63,964 nucleotides of DNA, filler included, from Octopus bimaculoides (GCF_001194135.2; 8 parts of 7 records of this genome joined end to end with filler, not necessarily neighbours in it), one strand, 5' to 3'. Counted from the first letter of the whole stretch, positions 37,386-50,790 are shown. Program-made: numbers and translations. Notes: generated from the letters alone by a model not told the origin.

Positions 37386-38544
37386 CAGCTTATATATTGT
37401 AGTCTATAGTTTCCAACCAGTATCATTCTAAACAATAAAACCATTATTTCTATTCTGCTTAATACAATCATAATTTTCGCTGCTAAAAGCAAAATTTCAC
37501 CTGCGGTTTTGCTTTAAAGTTGTAGTTTATTTATTTTTCAGTTTCCTTTTCTTTTACGTTGACGTAAAGAAAAATTACACACACACACGTGAATATATAT
37601 NNNNNNNNNNNNNNNNNNNNNNNNNNNNNNNNNNNNNNNNNNNNNNNNNNNNNNNNNNNNNNNNNNNNNNNNNNNNNNNNNNNNNNNNNNNNNNNNNNNN
37701 NNNNNNNNNNNNNNNNNNNNNNNNNNNNNNNNNNNNNNNNNNNNNNNNNNNNNNNNNNNNNNNNNNNNNNNNNNNNNNNNNNNNNNNNNNNNNNNNNNNN
37801 NNNNNNNNNNNNNNNNNNNNNNNNNNNNNNNNNNNNNNNNNNNNNNNNNNNNNNNNNNNNNNNNNNNNNNNNNNNNNNNNNNNNNNNNNNNNNNNNNNNN
37901 NNNNNNNNNNNNNNNNNNNNNNNNNNNNNNNNNNNNNNNNNNNNNNNNNNNNNNNNNNNNNNNNNNNNNNNNNNNNNNNNNNNNNNNNNNNNNNNNNNNN
38001 NNNNNNNNNNNNNNNNNNNNNNNNNNNNNNNNNNNNNNNNNNNNNNNNNNNNNNNNNNNNNNNNNNNNNNNNNNNNNNNNNNNNNNNNNNNNNNNNNNNN
38101 NNNNNNNNNNNNNNNNNNNNNNNNNNNNNNNNNNNNNNNNNNNNNNNNNNNNNNNNNNNNNNNNNNNNNNNNNNNNNNNNNNNNNNNNNNNNNNNNNNNN
38201 NNNNNNNNNNNNNNNNNNNNNNNNNNNNNNNNNNNNNNNNNNNNNNNNNNNNNNNNNNNNNNNNNNNNNNNNNNNNNNNNNNNNNNNNNNNNNNNNNNNN
38301 NNNNNNNNNNNNNNNNNNNNNNNNNNNNNNNNNNNNNNNNNNNNNNNNNNNNNNNNNNNNNNNNNNNNNNNNNNNNNNNNNNNNNNNNNNNNNNNNNNNN
38401 NNNNNNNNNNNNNNNNNNNNNNNNNNNNNNNNNNNNNNNNNNNNNNNNNNNNNNNNNNNNNNNNNNNNNNNNNNNNNNNNNNNNNNNNNNNNNNNNNNNN
38501 NNNNNNNNNNNNNNNNNNNNNNNNNNNNNNNNNNNNNNNNNNNN

Positions 38545-38622
38545 GAACTTCAGCCATTTTGGGGTTTCCTGGAATCTGATCTAGGTAGTAATCAGCCCGT
38601 TTCGCTGTCATTATTATTATTA

Positions 38623-38701
<79 letters not shown>

Positions 38702-38950
38702 CATCTCGGGTTTTGATGGAAATCCTGGAGTCTTCCATGCGTAGTGAGCTTGCTACCTGCTGCCTACAGTACCATGCTATCTGTTCTTTTCAGCTATCTA
38801 ATACTTTCCTGATTATTCTAGCCGTGCCAAAGAGGCAAACCTTTTGCAACAGTTCTACTGGGCACTTTATTCCGATTTCCTTTATATTCCCCTTGATGAC
38901 TTCTGATACTGTCCCCAAGGATACAACAATAACTGGCTCATTCTTCACCT
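38545..38950 (-). mobile_element. Two R4/Dong-clade LINE 3' fragments separated by and embedded in (TAA)n/(TGA)n
   Basis: EPVIVVSLGTVSEVIKGNIKEIGIKCPVELLQKVCLFGTARIIRKVLDS*; ADYYLDQIPGNPKMAEV. Confidence 0.8.
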
Positions 38951-38953
38951 TCA

Positions 38954-39006
<53 letters not shown>

Positions 39007-39009
39007 GTT

Positions 39010-39056
<47 letters not shown>

Positions 39057-39229
39057 TATTACTGAGCTGACAGAATCGTTTGTTATGTCTCAGCGCTACT
39101 CCTATCTAGCACCTTCGGATGGTCTCTACTCAACCGCTACACAACTGCTACTCGACTGCTACTCAACCACGGCCAGACTACCTCTATTTATATGTCTTGG
39201 GAGATCCTACTTCTTCACCTGGGGGTGTC

Positions 39230-39815
39230 GACACAACATCGTTAGCACACCAGGCAAAATGACTGGCGACATTTCGTTCATCTTCATGTTCTGCCCAGGT
39301 CAATTTTGCCTTTCGACCTTTCGGGATCGATAAAATAAGTACCAGCTGAGTACTGTGGTCGATGTAATCGACTTACCCCTTTCCCCGAAGTTACTGGCCT
39401 TGTGCCTATATTAGAAACAAAGGGTTATTATCATTACCTTTATCATTCTGCCGAGGTCGACTTTGCCTTTCATTCTTTCGACGTCGATAAACTAAGTACC
39501 AGTGAAACACTGGGGTCGATAAAATTGACTTACCCCCTCCCCAAAATTTCAGGCCTTGTGCTTTTAGTAGAATTATTATTATCATTACTACGGCAACGAG
39601 CTGGCAGAATCGTCAGCACGCCGGTCAAAATACTTAGCAGGCTGTTCCGTTGATCCGATCAACTGGAACACTCGTCGTCGTATCCGACGGAGTGCCAATA
39701 ACAACAACAACAACAACAATAATAATAATCCTTTCCTTTATAGGCACAAGGCCTGAAATTTTGGTGGGGATGGGACTAATCATTTACATCGACCCCAGGA
39801 TTTTACTGATACTTA
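39230..39815. mobile_element. SINE cluster: A (+, 39230-39420), A 3' part (+, 39444-39570), A/D chimera (+, 39591-39700), A tail (-, 39730-39815)
   Basis: Direct matches to the family A and D copies elsewhere in the window. Confidence 0.85.
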
Positions 39816-39817
39816 AT

Positions 39818-40190
39818 GGCCCAGTGGTTAGGGCAGCGGACTCGCGGTCTTAGGATCGCGGTTTCGATTCCCAGACCGGGCTTTATGAGTGCTTATTGAG
39901 TGAAAACACTTAAAGTTCCATGAGGCTCCGGCAGCGGTTGGTGGTAAACCCTGCTGTACTCTTTCACCGCAACTTTCTCTTACTCTTTCTTACTGTTTCT
40001 GTTGTACTTGTATTTCAAAGGGCCAACCATGACACATTGTGTCACGCTGAATCTCCTCGAGAAATACATTAAGAGTACACGTGTCTGTGGAGTGCTCAGC
40101 CACTTGCACGTTAATTTCACGAGCAGGCTGTTCCGTTCATCGGATCAACTGGAACACTTGTCGTCGTAACCGACGGAGTGCCAACAACAA
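39818..40190 (+). mobile_element. SINE family D, full length
   Basis: ggcccagtggttagggcagcggactc..gtttcgattccc head; colinear with 10830-11210. Confidence 0.9.
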
Positions 40191-40499
40191 TTGGCGCACA
40201 GATATATCCTGTAAGCTTGTAATTTATCCATACAGTGTACAAAAAATGTAGTGGTTTTTTTTGCGGGCGGGGAAGAGTTGTTTGTTTGTGTTTTGTTTGT
40301 TTGTTTGCTTATTTTGCTTTTGTCTTCATTCTTTTCTTTTTTTCGGACAGTGTTGCCCACATATATAAGAAAATGTCTACGAATATTCCAAGTCATGTTC
40401 TACAAGAACGAAAAACTGAAAATGAATAAAAAACGAATTTCACAAATAGAAAGCGAAGGAAGTGAAGGTGCAAAAATGTATAACACCACAAAGGCACTT

Positions 40500-40748
40500 T
40501 TCTTTTACCTGTTTAAGTCATGGGACTGCGACCATGCTGGTGCACTACCTTGAAAGGTTTTAGTCGAACAGATGGATCCTAGTTACTTAATTTTTTTTTT
40601 AAGTCTAGCGGTTATTCAATCAACTCCTTTTTGTTGAACCGCTAATTTATGGAAACGTAAACAAACTAACACCGGTTGTTCAGTGGTAGTGGTGGTGGTG
40701 GTGGTGAGAGACAAACATTCACACACATACATATATGTGTGTCTGTGC

Positions 40749-40786
<38 letters not shown>

Positions 40787-40850
40787 NNNNNNNNNNGCAG
40801 TGGGACTGAACCATGTGGTTGGGAAGCAAGCTTGTTACCACACAACTACG
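40500..40850 (-). mobile_element. SINE family B spanning a small gap
   Basis: aagtcatgggactgcgaccatgctgg..; gtgggactgaaccatgtggttgggaagcaagcttg. Confidence 0.75.
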
Positions 40851-41399
40851 CCTACACTTAAACCAAAAGAAAAAATTGTGATCACAGGAATGAACACTTA
40901 ATAGAAACAGAAACTATTTCGAACGAACAGTTTAGCTAATACTTCAAAGGACAGCGATAAAAATAACAGCTGCTGACAAAAATATTTTGGGAAAATGCCA
41001 TAAATATAGCGGCAGCGTTAAAGGAGCCAATTTTGTCTGTTTCGTTACAGTTTTATGTTTTAGATTTAATAAAATTTCCAGAAAGAATACATAACTGATT
41101 GGGAGTAGCGTTTAAAACCAGAGTATCTCCCTTACCTAAGGTCTAATCCAAACGAAAGCAAATATGAAACCATGGTAACTATATTTTAAGACGGATGCCA
41201 AATAGCAACTGGAAGAAGGACTCCACGAAATATCAGATGAAATTATCTTGATTGAGGAGAGTGAGATTTATGAGACCATCTGCTATATTTTTAAGACCAG
41301 GTACTCATCCAAAGCACAAGCTGAAATAGTCAGACATGTCCCATCCATATACATATGTATTCGGAGCAGAGAAATAGAAAGGTGATGTCCAGCATAGTG

Positions 41400-42100
41400 G
41401 TAACGATGTTCGTACCTGGCTGATTATTACCTTTGTATCTCAGTATGAGCAGACCGTCAGCACTGTGGTTACAAGAGGTAACAAGTGACTAGAAAGAGCC
41501 ACGATGAACCTGCAGGCCTTAATGACCTTCAAAAGCTACGAAGTTATATTGGATTTGTATCTTGTTGACAGCGCAGAGACAAAAAGTATCAGACTGATGG
41601 TGCAGTGCAAAAGGTTTGGTTGTTATACATGTAACAAAACTCACGAAGAGGCCTTTTGCCCTGAAGAACTAGGAAAGCTGGGAAAACGTAGGAAAGAAGA
41701 AAGCGGCGGATGGTTGACACAGCAACAACATTAATGGGTCTCCAGATTTTCTATCAGGTACATCTTCGGAAATTATAGAGGCTGTCATCTCACGCTCTGT
41801 CCTTGAAATAATGGAGCAATTCCTTTCATTCGTTGCATGACTACAGCAACCAGCAGCACCACTCTTGTAACGAAGGAGAAATGATGGTGGCTGAAGGAAG
41901 TTTTTCAAACCAGAGGGAAAGAAAGCAAACGAGTAAAAGGGAATAATGTGTGAATAAAAGAGTGAACAGCAACGAAAAACAACTGAAACCGGTGAGGAAG
42001 AACATCCTCCTCGAAACAGCAGTGATGATCCTCCTTGGAACAATAACGGAATCAATGACGAGCAGGAGGGTAAATGGGAATTCATTGTCATTAGAAGATT
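41400..42100 (+). mobile_element. Gag/ORF1-like relic with a zinc-knuckle-like motif
   Basis: CYTCNKTHEEAFCP followed by low-complexity K/E/Q/S sequence; RPSALWL resembles RPATLWL at about 52380 (-). Confidence 0.4.
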
Positions 42101-42759
42101 AGCTCAAGATAAACACAGTAATATACCTGTGCCGCAAGGGATATTTCATGGATGTATTAATTACAGAAACGCGGCTGAAGTAAGAATATAGAAGACCCTC
42201 ATAGAATGTTAAAAATAATAGAAAACTATTACAGTGAACTGGAACAGATATCACCTGAATACATAGGCTATTATCAACTCCCTCCTCTTCAAGAAAAGTC
42301 AACGGACATCTAGTAGAGTTTTGGGCTGCTCTAATCCGACCAAGTCAATTGTTTCTCACCTTTGTGTCGGCAAGAGGCATAGATATTTTTCATGCATTTT
42401 CTTGTTTTAATTGTTTTATTATTTTATATTTATTTTTGTGTAATCACATGTCCTCACTTCAATTGTATAACTTTTTTCATTCCTCCGCTTGTCTTTATAA
42501 ACCTTGTTTGTTCCACCCATATGTATTTGTAAGTCACCTGATCAAACATTGGTTTATATCTAATTGCATTTCTTCGAGTCTTTTATGGCTAATAAAAGAA
42601 ATATTATTATTAATAAAACTTGCTAGCCTTGTACCAAAATTTGAAACCACTATATTTTTTAATCTGTGTGTTTGATGCGATGCAATCACTTGCCGAGACA
42701 CACCCAGCACCCTAGGGCAAGTAAAGGTTAAGAGATGTTGAACTATAACTGAAAGCTTG

Positions 42760-43350
42760 GGGAAGAGTAGTGGGAAGGGCAGTACAGAAATACATTCATA
42801 TTATACAACACAAATATTTACATTGATAGGGTTTTTCTAAGGATGTGTGCAGAAGTTGTCACCACAATCATTTTAATTTATTTGAGATATGATGCTCCTG
42901 GGATGTTGTCTAGATGTTTCTGATTTGCTTTTTTATTGATGTTGTCGTTGTTCCTTTAGCATAGCTTCAGGTCTTGAGTGATACATATTCGGTATTCTTC
43001 ATCAAGTTATATGACCTCAGGTAGAGAATACCTTTCATAGATTGTTGGCAGTTCCAAGCAGTACCGATTTTTTGCAAGGCTATAATTTTAGATGGAAAAT
43101 TTAGATGTTTGATATCTATTGCGAACTTGAGAAGAATGGAGCCGAGAGCTCCAATTATTATTGGTTACAAATTTAGTTGGAGTACTCCACATTTTTGAAA
43201 CATCCAATTGGAGCACCGAATAATAATTATTTTCTTTTTGTCCTCTTTGCTAGTTGTATAGTGATCGCCAAGGACGACGTCTAGAATGTAACTCTTCTGA
43301 ATCACTTCCTCTACCTCAACAATGTCTGGTCGATGGTGTTCTATCATTTT
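42760..43350 (-). mobile_element. Two adjacent R4-type LINE 3' relics
   Basis: IEHHRPDIV..YILDV..PIIIGALG..LQKSVLLGTA; HLDNIPG..SAHILRKTLSM*. Confidence 0.75.
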
Positions 43351-44657
43351 ATTTGTATTTCAAAATTCTGCAAGATTTCTGAACGTTAATTACTTAATAC
43401 GCTGTCAGTTACATATCGTTACCGTTCCTGAGTTACAAAGATCAGTGCAGATGTAAATACACTTTATCATCGTGTTTCACATACTTTCTGTGCGAGTATT
43501 TTACAGGAAAATCTGCAATGAGTCACAGCGTTCATTTTGTCACCACGTAACCTACGTTAATTAGAGTTTGTGTGGTTGTATATATGGTTTTTCTAAAGAG
43601 TTTGTGTTAAGGGATTTAGTTCTCTAAGTTCTATCTCTCTCTTTCTATCTCCTTCTCTTTCTTTCTCTCTCTATATATACATATATATAATATATATTAT
43701 ATATATATATAATATAATAAAAATATAATATATATGTGTGTGTGTGTATGTGTATGTATGTGTGTGTGCATATGTATGTATGTATTTATCGTTCAGTAAA
43801 TCCCACGACTGTTCAGTTTTTGGTNNNNNNNNNNATATATACAAATACATATATATACATATATATAATATATATTATATATATATATAATATAATAAAA
43901 ATATAATATATATGTGTGTGTGTGTATGTGTATGTATGTGTGTGTGCATATGTATGTATGTATTTATCGTTCAGTAAATCCCACGACTGTTCAGTTTTTG
44001 GTAGTGGTGGTGGTGGGCTGTATTTTTTTCATACTTTTCGTGTTTGTTTTATTTTTCTGCCACATGTTTTTCCTTGTCCCCCTTCTTGTTCTCAGTACTT
44101 TAACCAGGCTGCTGTCTTCTGCAATATATTGCAAGAACAGTTCTTTGCTATTTGCCAAATACCGATCTAATCATCTACATTCGTTGAAAACACATGCTTC
44201 GACGCTGATCACTCCACGGTCTCCATTTTTCCATTGTATGTTCAAGTAAGCCACTCATACACGTAGATGCAAAGCATCGTACCCTATCATCAACATCCGA
44301 CTATCTCTATCAATGTTTCATAGAAAATCACCCAATCTTCCTGCAGCTAGAGCAAGTGAAACACTTCGCAGTTCCACCAAAACCAAAGATACTTAAAGGT
44401 GAATTCGAAAGATCGATGTTGTACTCGAGAGAAGGCAAAGATCACTCAAAGTAGAATGTGAACGTGGTCAAGGGATATCATGATCACCACACTAAACTGC
44501 AATTTATCACTGTTGTGCGGGTATGCTTGTTATTATGACACTTTAACCTGTTCTTATATGTTGTATTAAATGTGCCCCGATCCACTTATTACATTACTTC
44601 ATATTAAACCTTCTGCAGAACACGGTTTGTATTACATGCTTTGGCTCATGTGGCCAA

Positions 44658-44753
<96 letters not shown>

Positions 44754-44759
44754 TTCATA

Positions 44760-45715
44760 TACACTCAACAGATTAGACCACTGGAAAAGAAAAAATCCTA
44801 ACATCGATCTACAACAAGTACCCTCCTAAGTATCATAGCTGTTATTAATTACACGGTTTTCTGAAGCTGTACTAAACTGGGGTTTATACCTGTTTCTTCT
44901 ATCCATCTGTTTAGATCTTTAGGGATAGTTCCCAATGCACCTATAACTACTGGGATACATTTTACCCACACTTTTCATAGTCTCTGTAATTCAATAGTTA
45001 GGTCCTGGTACTTTTCTATTTCTTAACTTCTCATATTAATGTTTTCATCATTTGGGACTGTAAGGTCAATTATCTGGTACTTTCTATTCTCTTTATCTAC
45101 TACTACCAAATCAGGCCTTCTAGCTTATATTATTCTGTCAGTCTGAATGTTAAAGTCTCACAACATCATGTATTTATTACTTTCTAGTACTTTGCTAGGT
45201 TCATGTTAATCATGTTATCAATAAGTTCAAATCCTAGCTTTCTACATAGCTCCCAGTCAATTACTCTCCCTAGATTGCCATGTCTTTTCTTGTATTCTTT
45301 GTGCCAGCATGCTACAATCACTTACTATGTAAGTAATGCTTTCCTCTTTTGATTTAAATAAGCTACATTGGGAATCTACTTGGTTTTTGTCTACCTTGGC
45401 TTTTATCCAACTAGTCCTTAATGCTTGATCCTGTGCAGCTACTAACAAACATTCTGTCTCCCTCTTCAGCTTTCATTTCTGCAATCATAACCATGTCTCA
45501 CTACTACTATTTGCTGCAACTATCTTTGAGAATCTACCATACAGCGCATTCTCCTGCCAATCAGATAACTTCTGTTCTTTTTTCTGGTTTTTAACTTCGT
45601 TTAGGTTTTTGGTTTTCCCATGTCTTGCTGTAACTCTTTTTACTAAACTTTCTTCGTTATTACCTACATAGGAGTCTACTTCTACAGCAACTAACTCTAC
45701 GCAGTCTTCTAATAA
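44760..45715 (-). mobile_element. R4/Dong-clade LINE 3' portion (zinc knuckle plus RLE endonuclease), flanked by (TAA)n and (GAT)n
   Basis: LVAAQDQALRTSWIKAKVDK..QCSL..EESITYIVSDCSMLAQ; RPDLVVV..IDLTVP.D..EKYQDL..PVVIGALGTIPK. Confidence 0.88.
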
Positions 45716-45717
45716 TA

Positions 45718-45749
<32 letters not shown>

Positions 45750-45750
45750 A

Positions 45751-45783
<33 letters not shown>

Positions 45784-45784
45784 T

Positions 45785-46075
45785 TATGTTTGACTTTTGT
45801 TTTGCATTTGTACAAGTTGGATCCAAGTCTCACCCAGAGACCTCAAGAGACAACAAGTTAGAAGTTCGTGTAGGTGTTATGCCTAGGGTATCATATATTT
45901 GGATTTGTACAGTTTTGTTCAAGTTAATGTTTAAGAAACCATAAGAAAATTATGTGTTCAAAGTGTTTCTGTCTCCAGTTTAAGTAGGTTTGTACAGTAT
46001 TAGATTTATCTGTAGGGAAATATATGGTATGGTAGAAGGCTGTAAGAACTTCTTTATTATCTTCCCTAGACCATT
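45785..46075 (-). mobile_element. R4-type derivative: N-terminal-like coding segment joined to a 3'UTR-like end with (TAA)n tail
   Basis: WSREDNKEVLTAFY..TDKSNTVQTYLNWRQKH runs directly into non-coding sequence ending aaagtcaaacataaaataataat. Confidence 0.45.
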
Positions 46076-47149
46076 NNNNNNNNNNNNNNNNNNNNNNNNN
46101 NNNNNNNNNNNNNNNNNNNNNNNNNNNNNNNNNNNNNNNNNNNNNNNNNNNNNNNNNNNNNNNNNNNNNNNNNNNNNNNNNNNNNNNNNNNNNNNNNNNN
46201 NNNNNNNNNNNNNNNNNNNNNNNNNNNNNNNNNNNNNNNNNNNNNNNNNNNNNNNNNNNNNNNNNNNNNNNNNNNNNNNNNNNNNNNNNNNNNNNNNNNN
46301 NNNNNNNNNNNNNNNNNNNNNNNNNNNNNNNNNNNNNNNNNNNNNNNNNNNNNNNNNNNNNNNNNNNNNNNNNNNNNNNNNNNNNNNNNNNNNNNNNNNN
46401 NNNNNNNNNNNNNNNNNNNNNNNNNNNNNNNNNNNNNNNNNNNNNNNNNNNNNNNNNNNNNNNNNNNNNNNNNNNNNNNNNNNNNNNNNNNNNNNNNNNN
46501 NNNNNNNNNNNNNNNNNNNNNNNNNNNNNNNNNNNNNNNNNNNNNNNNNNNNNNNNNNNNNNNNNNNNNNNNNNNNNNNNNNNNNNNNNNNNNNNNNNNN
46601 NNNNNNNNNNNNNNNNNNNNNNNNNNNNNNNNNNNNNNNNNNNNNNNNNNNNNNNNNNNNNNNNNNNNNNNNNNNNNNNNNNNNNNNNNNNNNNNNNNNN
46701 NNNNNNNNNNNNNNNNNNNNNNNNNNNNNNNNNNNNNNNNNNNNNNNNNNNNNNNNNNNNNNNNNNNNNNNNNNNNNNNNNNNNNNNNNNNNNNNNNNNN
46801 NNNNNNNNNNNNNNNNNNNNNNNNNNNNNNNNNNNNNNNNNNNNNNNNNNNNNNNNNNNNNNNNNNNNNNNNNNNNNNNNNNNNNNNNNNNNNNNNNNNN
46901 NNNNNNNNNNNNNNNNNNNNNNNNNNNNNNNNNNNNNNNNNNNNNNNNNNNNNNNNNNNNNNNNNNNNNNNNNNNNNNNNNNNNNNNNNNNNNNNNNNNN
47001 NNNNNNNNNNNNNNNNNNNNNNNNNNNNNTTATTATTAATAATATCATTATTATTAATAATATCATTATTATTATTATTATCATCATCATTATCATCATC
47101 ATCATCATCATCATCATTATTATTATTATTATTATTTGATGAAAACTCA

Positions 47150-47745
47150 CAGCTTATTCTGCTGGGTATGATGGAAAGCGTCAGCTGTCCACAGCCAGCA
47201 GGCTTAAGTGACACTTGTTTACTAGTCATGCTTCAAGAACCCTGCGAAGAATTCTTGCAGTTCCAAACAATACTGGTTTTTGTAGGTAGTCTACCTTTAC
47301 ACTTGCACCAATCTTTTTCAGCCATGCTGGTAGTTGAGTGCAGATACTTCCAAATGCGCCAATTACTATTAGTATCACGTCTACTCTCCTCATTGACCAC
47401 AACCATCGCATTTCTTACCTCAAACCGTCATAGTTCTTTATTTCTTTTTCTTCCTCTTCGATCCTGCTGTCACTGGGGCATGCTATGTCGATTATCATGC
47501 ATATTCTTTCTTTTTTATTCACCACAATATCCGGTCCCTGATGTCTGGTCAGGTGATCGCACTGAATCATTGCATTTCTCATTCTCAGTAACTCCTTCTG
47601 GGGTTTTCTCATACCACGTTTTTGCTCTTTGTAGGCCGTGATTTCCAAAGAGCTCCCAATGGATCATTCTTGCAACAATGTCATGGCATCTTTTGCATTT
47701 GCGTTGTGCCAATTTCGGCATTCGCTAAGGATGAGCAATACTGTT
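47150..47745 (-). mobile_element. R4/Dong-clade LINE 3' end next to (TAA)n/(TGA)n
   Basis: CPKLAQ..HDIVARMIHWEL..WYE.TPEGV.ENE; PDIVV..CMIIDIACP.D; IVIGAFG..LQKPVLFGTARILRRVL. Confidence 0.88.
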
Positions 47746-47822
47746 TCACCCCTCTCTGCATATTCTTCATCTGTCACTGTAGTTAGTGTTGTCTATTCTG
47801 CACTTCACTATTGTTATTATAG

Positions 47823-47878
<56 letters not shown>

Positions 47879-47949
47879 ATGATCATTGTTATTTTTTTCA
47901 TTATCATCTTTCAATTCTGTTTCCATTTCTTGCCGAGTGTCTTCCTGAC

Positions 47950-48538
47950 GGACGATGGAATTAGAGAAAGGAAGAGAAAGAAAACGAAAGGGGAAGAGAG
48001 AGAACAGTACAGGGTAGAGTCGCATCAAAATTATTAAGATAAACTTTTCCCTCTCTCTTTGCTCACACGTGACCATCGTCCATCTTTCTTTTCCTCACGT
48101 GGTCATTTTTCTTTTCCTTCAGTCTGTCGCACAGACCAGATGCATTCTTATCTGTCTCCTCTCCTATCTCTTCTCTTGTCAGAATATTCCTCTTGCGTTC
48201 GCTACCTTACCACGTCTGGCCTAACTGCCCTCTATGTTTGTTTTCGTTTGGTTTGTTGTATATCTCCACTGTCCTGTTTTTGTTACCAACTTTGAACCTC
48301 CACAAATCCCAAATTTTATTTTGGTTCGTAGGAGCAACTGTTTTTCGAAACCTCATACTGTCGTGAATTGCTCGAAATGTGGAGTAGATAAACAGTCGAC
48401 AAATGATGAAGGGTTGTTCTTTATGTTACTTGTCTTGTTTTCCGTTTGTTTCTCTCGTTGTTCGCATACCCAAGTTTGACTACGTATTTCATGTTGTTTT
48501 TGTATTTCGTAATCCATGGTGTCTTCGTATTTAATTTG
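47950..48538 (+). repeat. Copy of the PLE-associated terminal-repeat family also present at 56.0-57.8 kb and 58.8 kb
   Basis: tgctcacacgtgaccatcgtccatctttc and gctcgaaatgtggagtagataaacagtcgacaa.tgatgaaggg are shared. Confidence 0.75.
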
Positions 48539-49434
48539 NNNNNNNNNNNNNNNNNNNNNNNNNNNNNNNNNNNNNNNNNNNNNNNNNNNNNNNNNNNNNN
48601 NNNNNNNNNNNNNNNNNNNNNNNNNNNNNNNNNNNNNNNNNNNNNNNNNNNNNNNNNNNNNNNNNNNNNNNNNNNNNNNNNNNNNNNNNNNNNNNNNNNN
48701 NNNNNNNNNNNNNNNNNNNNNNNNNNNNNNNNNNNNNNNNNNNNNNNNNNNNNNNNNNNNNNNNNNNNNNNNNNNNNNNNNNNNNNNNNNNNNNNNNNNN
48801 NNNNNNNNNNNNNNNNNNNNNNNNNNNNNNNNNNNNNNNNNNNNNNNNNNNNNNNNNNNNNNNNNNNNNNNNNNNNNNNNNNNNNNNNNNNNNNNNNNNN
48901 NNNNNNNNNNNNNNNNNNNNNNNNNNNNNNNNNNNNNNNNNNNNNNNNNNNNNNNNNNNNNNNNNNNNNNNNNNNNNNNNNNNNNNNNNNNNNNNNNNNN
49001 NNNNNNNNNNNNNNNNNNNNNNNNNNNNNNNNNNNNNNNNNNNNNNNNNNNNNNNNNNNNNNNNNNNNNNNNNNNNNNNNNNNNNNNNNNNNNNNNNNNN
49101 NNNNNNNNNNNNNNNNNNNNNNNNNNNNNNNNNNNNNNNNNNNNNNNNNNNNNNNNNNNNNNNNNNNNNNNNNNNNNNNNNNNNNNNNNNNNNNNNNNNN
49201 NNNNNNNNNNNNNNNNNNNNNNNNNNNNNNNNNNNNNNNNNNNNNNNNNNNNNNNNNNNNNNNNNNNNNNNNNNNNNNNNNNNNNNNNNNNNNNNNNTAT
49301 ATATACATATTTATTTATTTATCCTGTTCATGCTATATTATTAGCATTAAATTGCATTTGAGAATAAAATTATTTCCTTATCTGTATCTTTCATATTTAT
49401 ATATATATATATATATATGTGTGTGTATGTGTAC

Positions 49435-49477
<43 letters not shown>

Positions 49478-49721
49478 CACATACATACACACATACATAG
49501 AGAGAGGTGAGAGAGTGACAAAGATGCATATAAACAGATAAAACTCCTTGGGTTTGATATATCTTCATATCTGCTCCCCTGGATATTCCTCTTATAGCCA
49601 CTTTACTCCGCTGACTTGGTCCGCAGTAAAGATTTCGTGGTGTAAGTTGAAATCTTTTAAGTACTACTGTTTTTCTATTTAGAGATACTCTCAATCTCAT
49701 TTGTTAACTCTATATATATAG

Positions 49722-49890
49722 GCGCAGGAGTGGTTGTGTGGTAAGTAGCTTGCTTACCAACCACATGGTTCCGGGTTCAGTCCCACTGCGTGGCACCTTA
49801 GGCAAGTGTCTTCTACTATAGCCTCGGGCCCACCAGAGCCTTGTGAGTTGATTTGGTAGACGGAAACAGAAAGAAGCCCGTCGTATATAT
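49722..49890 (+). mobile_element. SINE family B head (remainder in gap)
   Basis: ggcgcaggagtggttgtgtggtaagtagcttg..gggttcagtcccactgcgtggcacc. Confidence 0.9.
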
Positions 49891-50263
49891 GTATATATAT
49901 ATATATATANNNNNNNNNNNNNNNNNNNNNNNNNNNNNNNNNNNNNNNNNNNNNNNNNNNNNNNNNNNNNNNNNNNNNNNNNNNNNNNNNNNNNNNNNNN
50001 NNNNNNNNNNNNNNNNNNNNNNNNNNNNNNNNNNNNNNNNNNNNNNNNNNNNNNNNNNNNNNNNNNNNNNNNNNNNNNNNNNNNNNNNNNNNNNNNNNNN
50101 NNNNNNNNNNNNNNNNNNNNNNNNNNNNNNNNNNNNNNNNNNNNNNNNNNNNNNNNNNNNNNNNNNNNNNNNNNNNNNNNNNNNNNNNNNNNNNNNNNNN
50201 NNNNNNNNNNNNNNNNNNNNNNNNNNNNNNNNNNNNNNNNNNNNNNNNNNNNNNNNNNNNNNN

Positions 50264-50328
<65 letters not shown>

Positions 50329-50339
50329 ATGCATGTATA

Positions 50340-50620
50340 GTGAAGGCGCATGACCTACTGGTTAAGGATGTTGTACTCACAATCATGAAATCGAGGTTTC
50401 GATTCTCAGACCAGCTGCGCATTGCGTTCTTGAGTGAAACGCCTCATTTTACGTTGCTCCAGTCCACTCAGCTATAAATGGCTAACCCTGCAACGGATTT
50501 TCCATCCGATCAGAGGAAATATTGGGCTGGCTGCCTCGCCAGCGAGGTGACATCATTCGAAAGCAAAAGCGATGCAAAGGGCATTGTAACTTGCGATGCA
50601 TAACAACATCCTATAATCAG
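50340..50620 (+). mobile_element. SINE family E (CORE-like)
   Basis: ggcgcatgacctactggttaagg..ggtttcgattc..ttgctccagtccactcagctataaatg. Confidence 0.8.
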
Positions 50621-50639
50621 GTCGATCACATGATCACGT

Positions 50640-50790
50640 GATATATATATATATTCATGACGAGTTTCTATCAAATCCGTTCACAAGTCGTTGGTTAACC
50701 CGGGATTATAGTATAAAACTCTTGTCCAAGGTTTCACGCTGTGGGACAAACCGGGCTGAGAGGCAAACTTTTTACCACACAGCCATGCAT
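50640..50790 (-). mobile_element. SINE family B head, diverged
   Basis: gagtttctatcaaatccgttcacaag..gtccaaggtttcacgctgtgggac. Confidence 0.6.

Noticed and set aside
43670-44005. Near-perfect approximately 150-bp direct duplication across a 10-N gap
   Set aside because: Typical unmerged contig overlap; the same pattern occurs at 61181-61228, 61654-61762, 61775-61882 and 62239-62323
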